A stretch of 22,396 bases of DNA from the NCBI RefSeq assembly GCF_006345805.1, contig NW_021836902.1, forward strand, positions 1 to 22,396, given 5' to 3'. A program made the position numbers and the translations under genes. Shown here piece by piece: positions 19,605 to 22,396 of this stretch; the first letter of the stretch is position 1, and every line of letters begins with the position of its first letter. The notes beneath the pieces are model-generated. The model saw nothing but the letters and a program-made list of their open reading frames with translations, was not told the DNA's origin and did no database searches. This DNA is from Octopus sinensis (taxonomy: Eukaryota).

Positions 19605-19770
19605 CCACTACCTAGTTAACTCCTCACCATCTTCATTTAGTCTTTCTTTAATTCCCTAACTCTCAACCTCTTTATCTTAGCAACTCTCCTGAACCTCTCT
19701 CTCTCTCTCTCTCTCTCTCTTACTCTCTCTCTGTCTCTCTCTCTGTCTCTCTCTGTCTCTCTCTCTTCCT
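18661..19770 (+). repeat. kilobase-scale polypyrimidine tract including a (TATC)-(TACC)-(CATC)-(TATC) compound array at about 18830-18949
   Basis: Seen directly; source of the 424-aa L/S-rich ORF. Confidence 0.9.
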
Positions 19771-19818
19771 TCTTCCAGCCATTCATCTTAGCGTTGCATC
19801 ACGACCATCTGCTACCGT

Positions 19819-19856
<38 letters not shown>

Positions 19857-20208
19857 CGAGATTCTGTATATGTCACAGATACAGACACGTGTACATACTT
19901 TTTGTAATATGTGTATGTGTTTATAATATACTTATAGGTTCATAACTTTAAAAGAAAAACAACTTTCTTTTTCACGTACGTGTGTGTGTGTATGTATGTA
20001 TGTATGTGTGTATTTATGTAAAAACATTTCTTCGAAATTATAAATGTGTGTATACGCATGTATATAAATGGATACGTACAAACATCATCATCATCGTCAA
20101 CGTCGTCGTCAACATGTATTGTGCATTCTTGCTTTGCCGTCCTTATTACTTTCACATAGTTCTTAATTAATTCTTAATTAGGTATATAGATCACTCTCTC
20201 CGAAAAAT

Positions 20209-20242
20209 ACGTTTTAATTTGTTTAACACAAATTAAAAACGT
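20209..20242. other. AT-rich 14-bp hairpin / cruciform-capable inverted repeat
   Basis: acgttttaatttgt-ttaac-acaaattaaaaacgt, with one extra A in the right arm. Confidence 0.7.
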
Positions 20243-20305
20243 GCCCCGTAAGATACATATAACATACACAAAACACACACACATGTAGTCGTATGTATGT
20301 ATGTA

Positions 20306-20339
<34 letters not shown>

Positions 20340-20887
20340 ATGTATGTATATTTACGTGCACGATGTTGTACATACGCGTACAGTTCCCATGGGTGCTGCT
20401 TGTCTGTCTCTGCGGTAGCTTAGCTGTCTATTCTAAACACCTGGATGTGTGATAAACACTACACATGAGGCGAATGCACATGCATAGATGCATGTATACT
20501 TGCATATGATGAGCATGTGTAAACTTTATTTCAAATTCCCTTGTCCTCCTCTTCTCTTTCTCTTAGACACACACATGTATACATACATAATATATATATA
20601 TATATATGTATATATACACGCTTTCTACATATTTTAGGATGGAAATTTTTTTTAAATTTTATCTCTTGAAATTTTTGAACTAAAATAAAATTGAAAATAG
20701 TAGAATAGACATGAAATAAGAAACATGCATTGTGTGTGTGTATATATGTGTGTGTGTGTGTGAGGACAACCTTTAAAAACCCACATGTACAGACGCACAT
20801 ATATACAACCACATGCTGTTTATATATATATATATATATATTACTTTACATATATGCACTCGACTAAATGCACATATACGCACACAC

Positions 20888-20918
<31 letters not shown>

Positions 20919-21131
20919 CATACACACACGACCACATGCAGTTGCATATATATATACACGTTATATACATGCATTCAATTATATACTCACATACACACAC
21001 ACATAAATATATATACATACATATATCTATTTGTGTGTATTCATATATATATATATATATATATATATACACCCTGTTATGTTTTTACCGCTTTATCTGT
21101 ACTTGATGATGAATAGATACACGTAGAATTT

Positions 21132-21155
21132 GGGAGGGTGGGATCGGGGAAGGGG
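21132..21155 (+). other. G-quadruplex-forming motif
   Basis: gggagggtgggatcggggaagggg has five G>=3 tracts with loops of 1-3 nt. Confidence 0.55.
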
Positions 21156-22108
21156 TGTAAGGAGGCTGTAACAGGGTTAAGCTGTTTCGGTGGTGGTGGT
21201 CATGTTGGCTGTCGTCTGCTGTTATGGTGGCACTTAGTGCGTTTTGCATGACGGTTTGGAGGGAGTGTTGGTATTACTAAGCATGTTCTTGTAAAGGTGA
21301 TGGTAGTATAGTAGTAGTAGTAGTAGTTGGTGATGGTGCTGATGATGGTAGCAGTAATAGTTGTAGTGGTGGTTGTGGTATAGGTGCTAGTTCATGATAG
21401 CCTTGACAATACGGATTGTTGTTGTTGGGGTGGTGGTTTTGTCCGGTGAAGGCAAGGCGAAGCAGTGCCCCCGGTGAAAAAAAAAAAAAGCTGGTAGAAA
21501 CAGTGTCGTGGTGGTCGTCATTTGTAGTAGTAGTAGTGGTAGTAGTAGTAGTAGTGGTGGTGGTGGTGGTAGTGGTGTCGGTGGTTGTACGTACAACACA
21601 CGTGTGTAATATGATGTCTACGGCGGCGGCGGCGTGTGTCCAAAAAATCAATCGATTATTTATAATATGAAAAGGGAGATTACCTCGCCGCCATCGCCAC
21701 CGTCGCCACTACCACCACCACCATCATTATCATCATTGATCATTCTCTCTTCATCTCTCTTTCTTTCTGTTCTTTCTCTTCTCTTCTCTTCCCCTCCCCC
21801 TCCCCGCCATTTCTTGTCTTTGATTTTTTTTTTTTAATATTTTTTTTTAATGATTGTTTTCTTTTGTTTTTCTTTAAGTTTTCCAATTGATATTAAGATT
21901 TTCTTTATTTTTTTTTCTCTTTCTTTCTTCATTCATCTTCCACCACCCTCGCAACTCTCAGCCCTCATACCACATCACACCTACCCGCAGCCGTCGCTTC
22001 CGCACACTTCCACAACCACCACCATCACCATCACCATCCCCAAGTCCCAGATGTCGATTCCACCCCCTCCTTTCACCCTTTTCATATCTGCACACCTTGT
22101 CCTTTCAC

Positions 22109-22333
<225 letters not shown>

Positions 22334-22396
22334 CCTCCCCCCTCTCTCTATCCACATATATGCCTCTCTATACCTGACTATTCACCGCCCTCTCTC

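Noticed and set aside
18341-19615. Longest ORF (424 aa)
   Set aside because: It is a translation of (CAC)n, (GGCA)n, (TATC)n and (CT)n tracts, which lack stop codons by composition. No domain is recognisable.

Overview
Non-coding eukaryotic DNA dominated by microsatellites and mobile elements. The SINE families resemble those I recall from octopod cephalopod genomes; this is recognition from memory, not a database result. No protein-coding gene can be supported: nearly all supplied ORFs are translations of (TA)n, (CA)n, (CT)n, (TATC)n or trinucleotide runs. The window holds about 12 copies of four tRNA-derived SINE families (A-D), two copies of a fifth retroposon-like repeat, two Tigger/pogo-like MITEs, three hAT/Charlie-like MITEs, a Helentron/HINE-like element nested in one Tigger-like MITE, and a TTAA-flanked long-TIR MITE. 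Several insertions are nested. The most interesting signal is a dispersed set of minimal type I hammerhead-ribozyme-like motifs of the kind carried by Penelope-like element LTRs: stem I, CUGANGA, stem II, GAAA, a palindromic stem III and an NUH site. Six are reasonably supported, at 1311, 3552, 3779, 15091, 16397 and 17136. Two of them, in an inverted pair of related repeats, share a non-canonical CUGUNGA core inside the best-conserved block of that repeat. A 32-bp perfect inverted repeat at 9479/10047 marks a foldback where microsatellite polarity flips.
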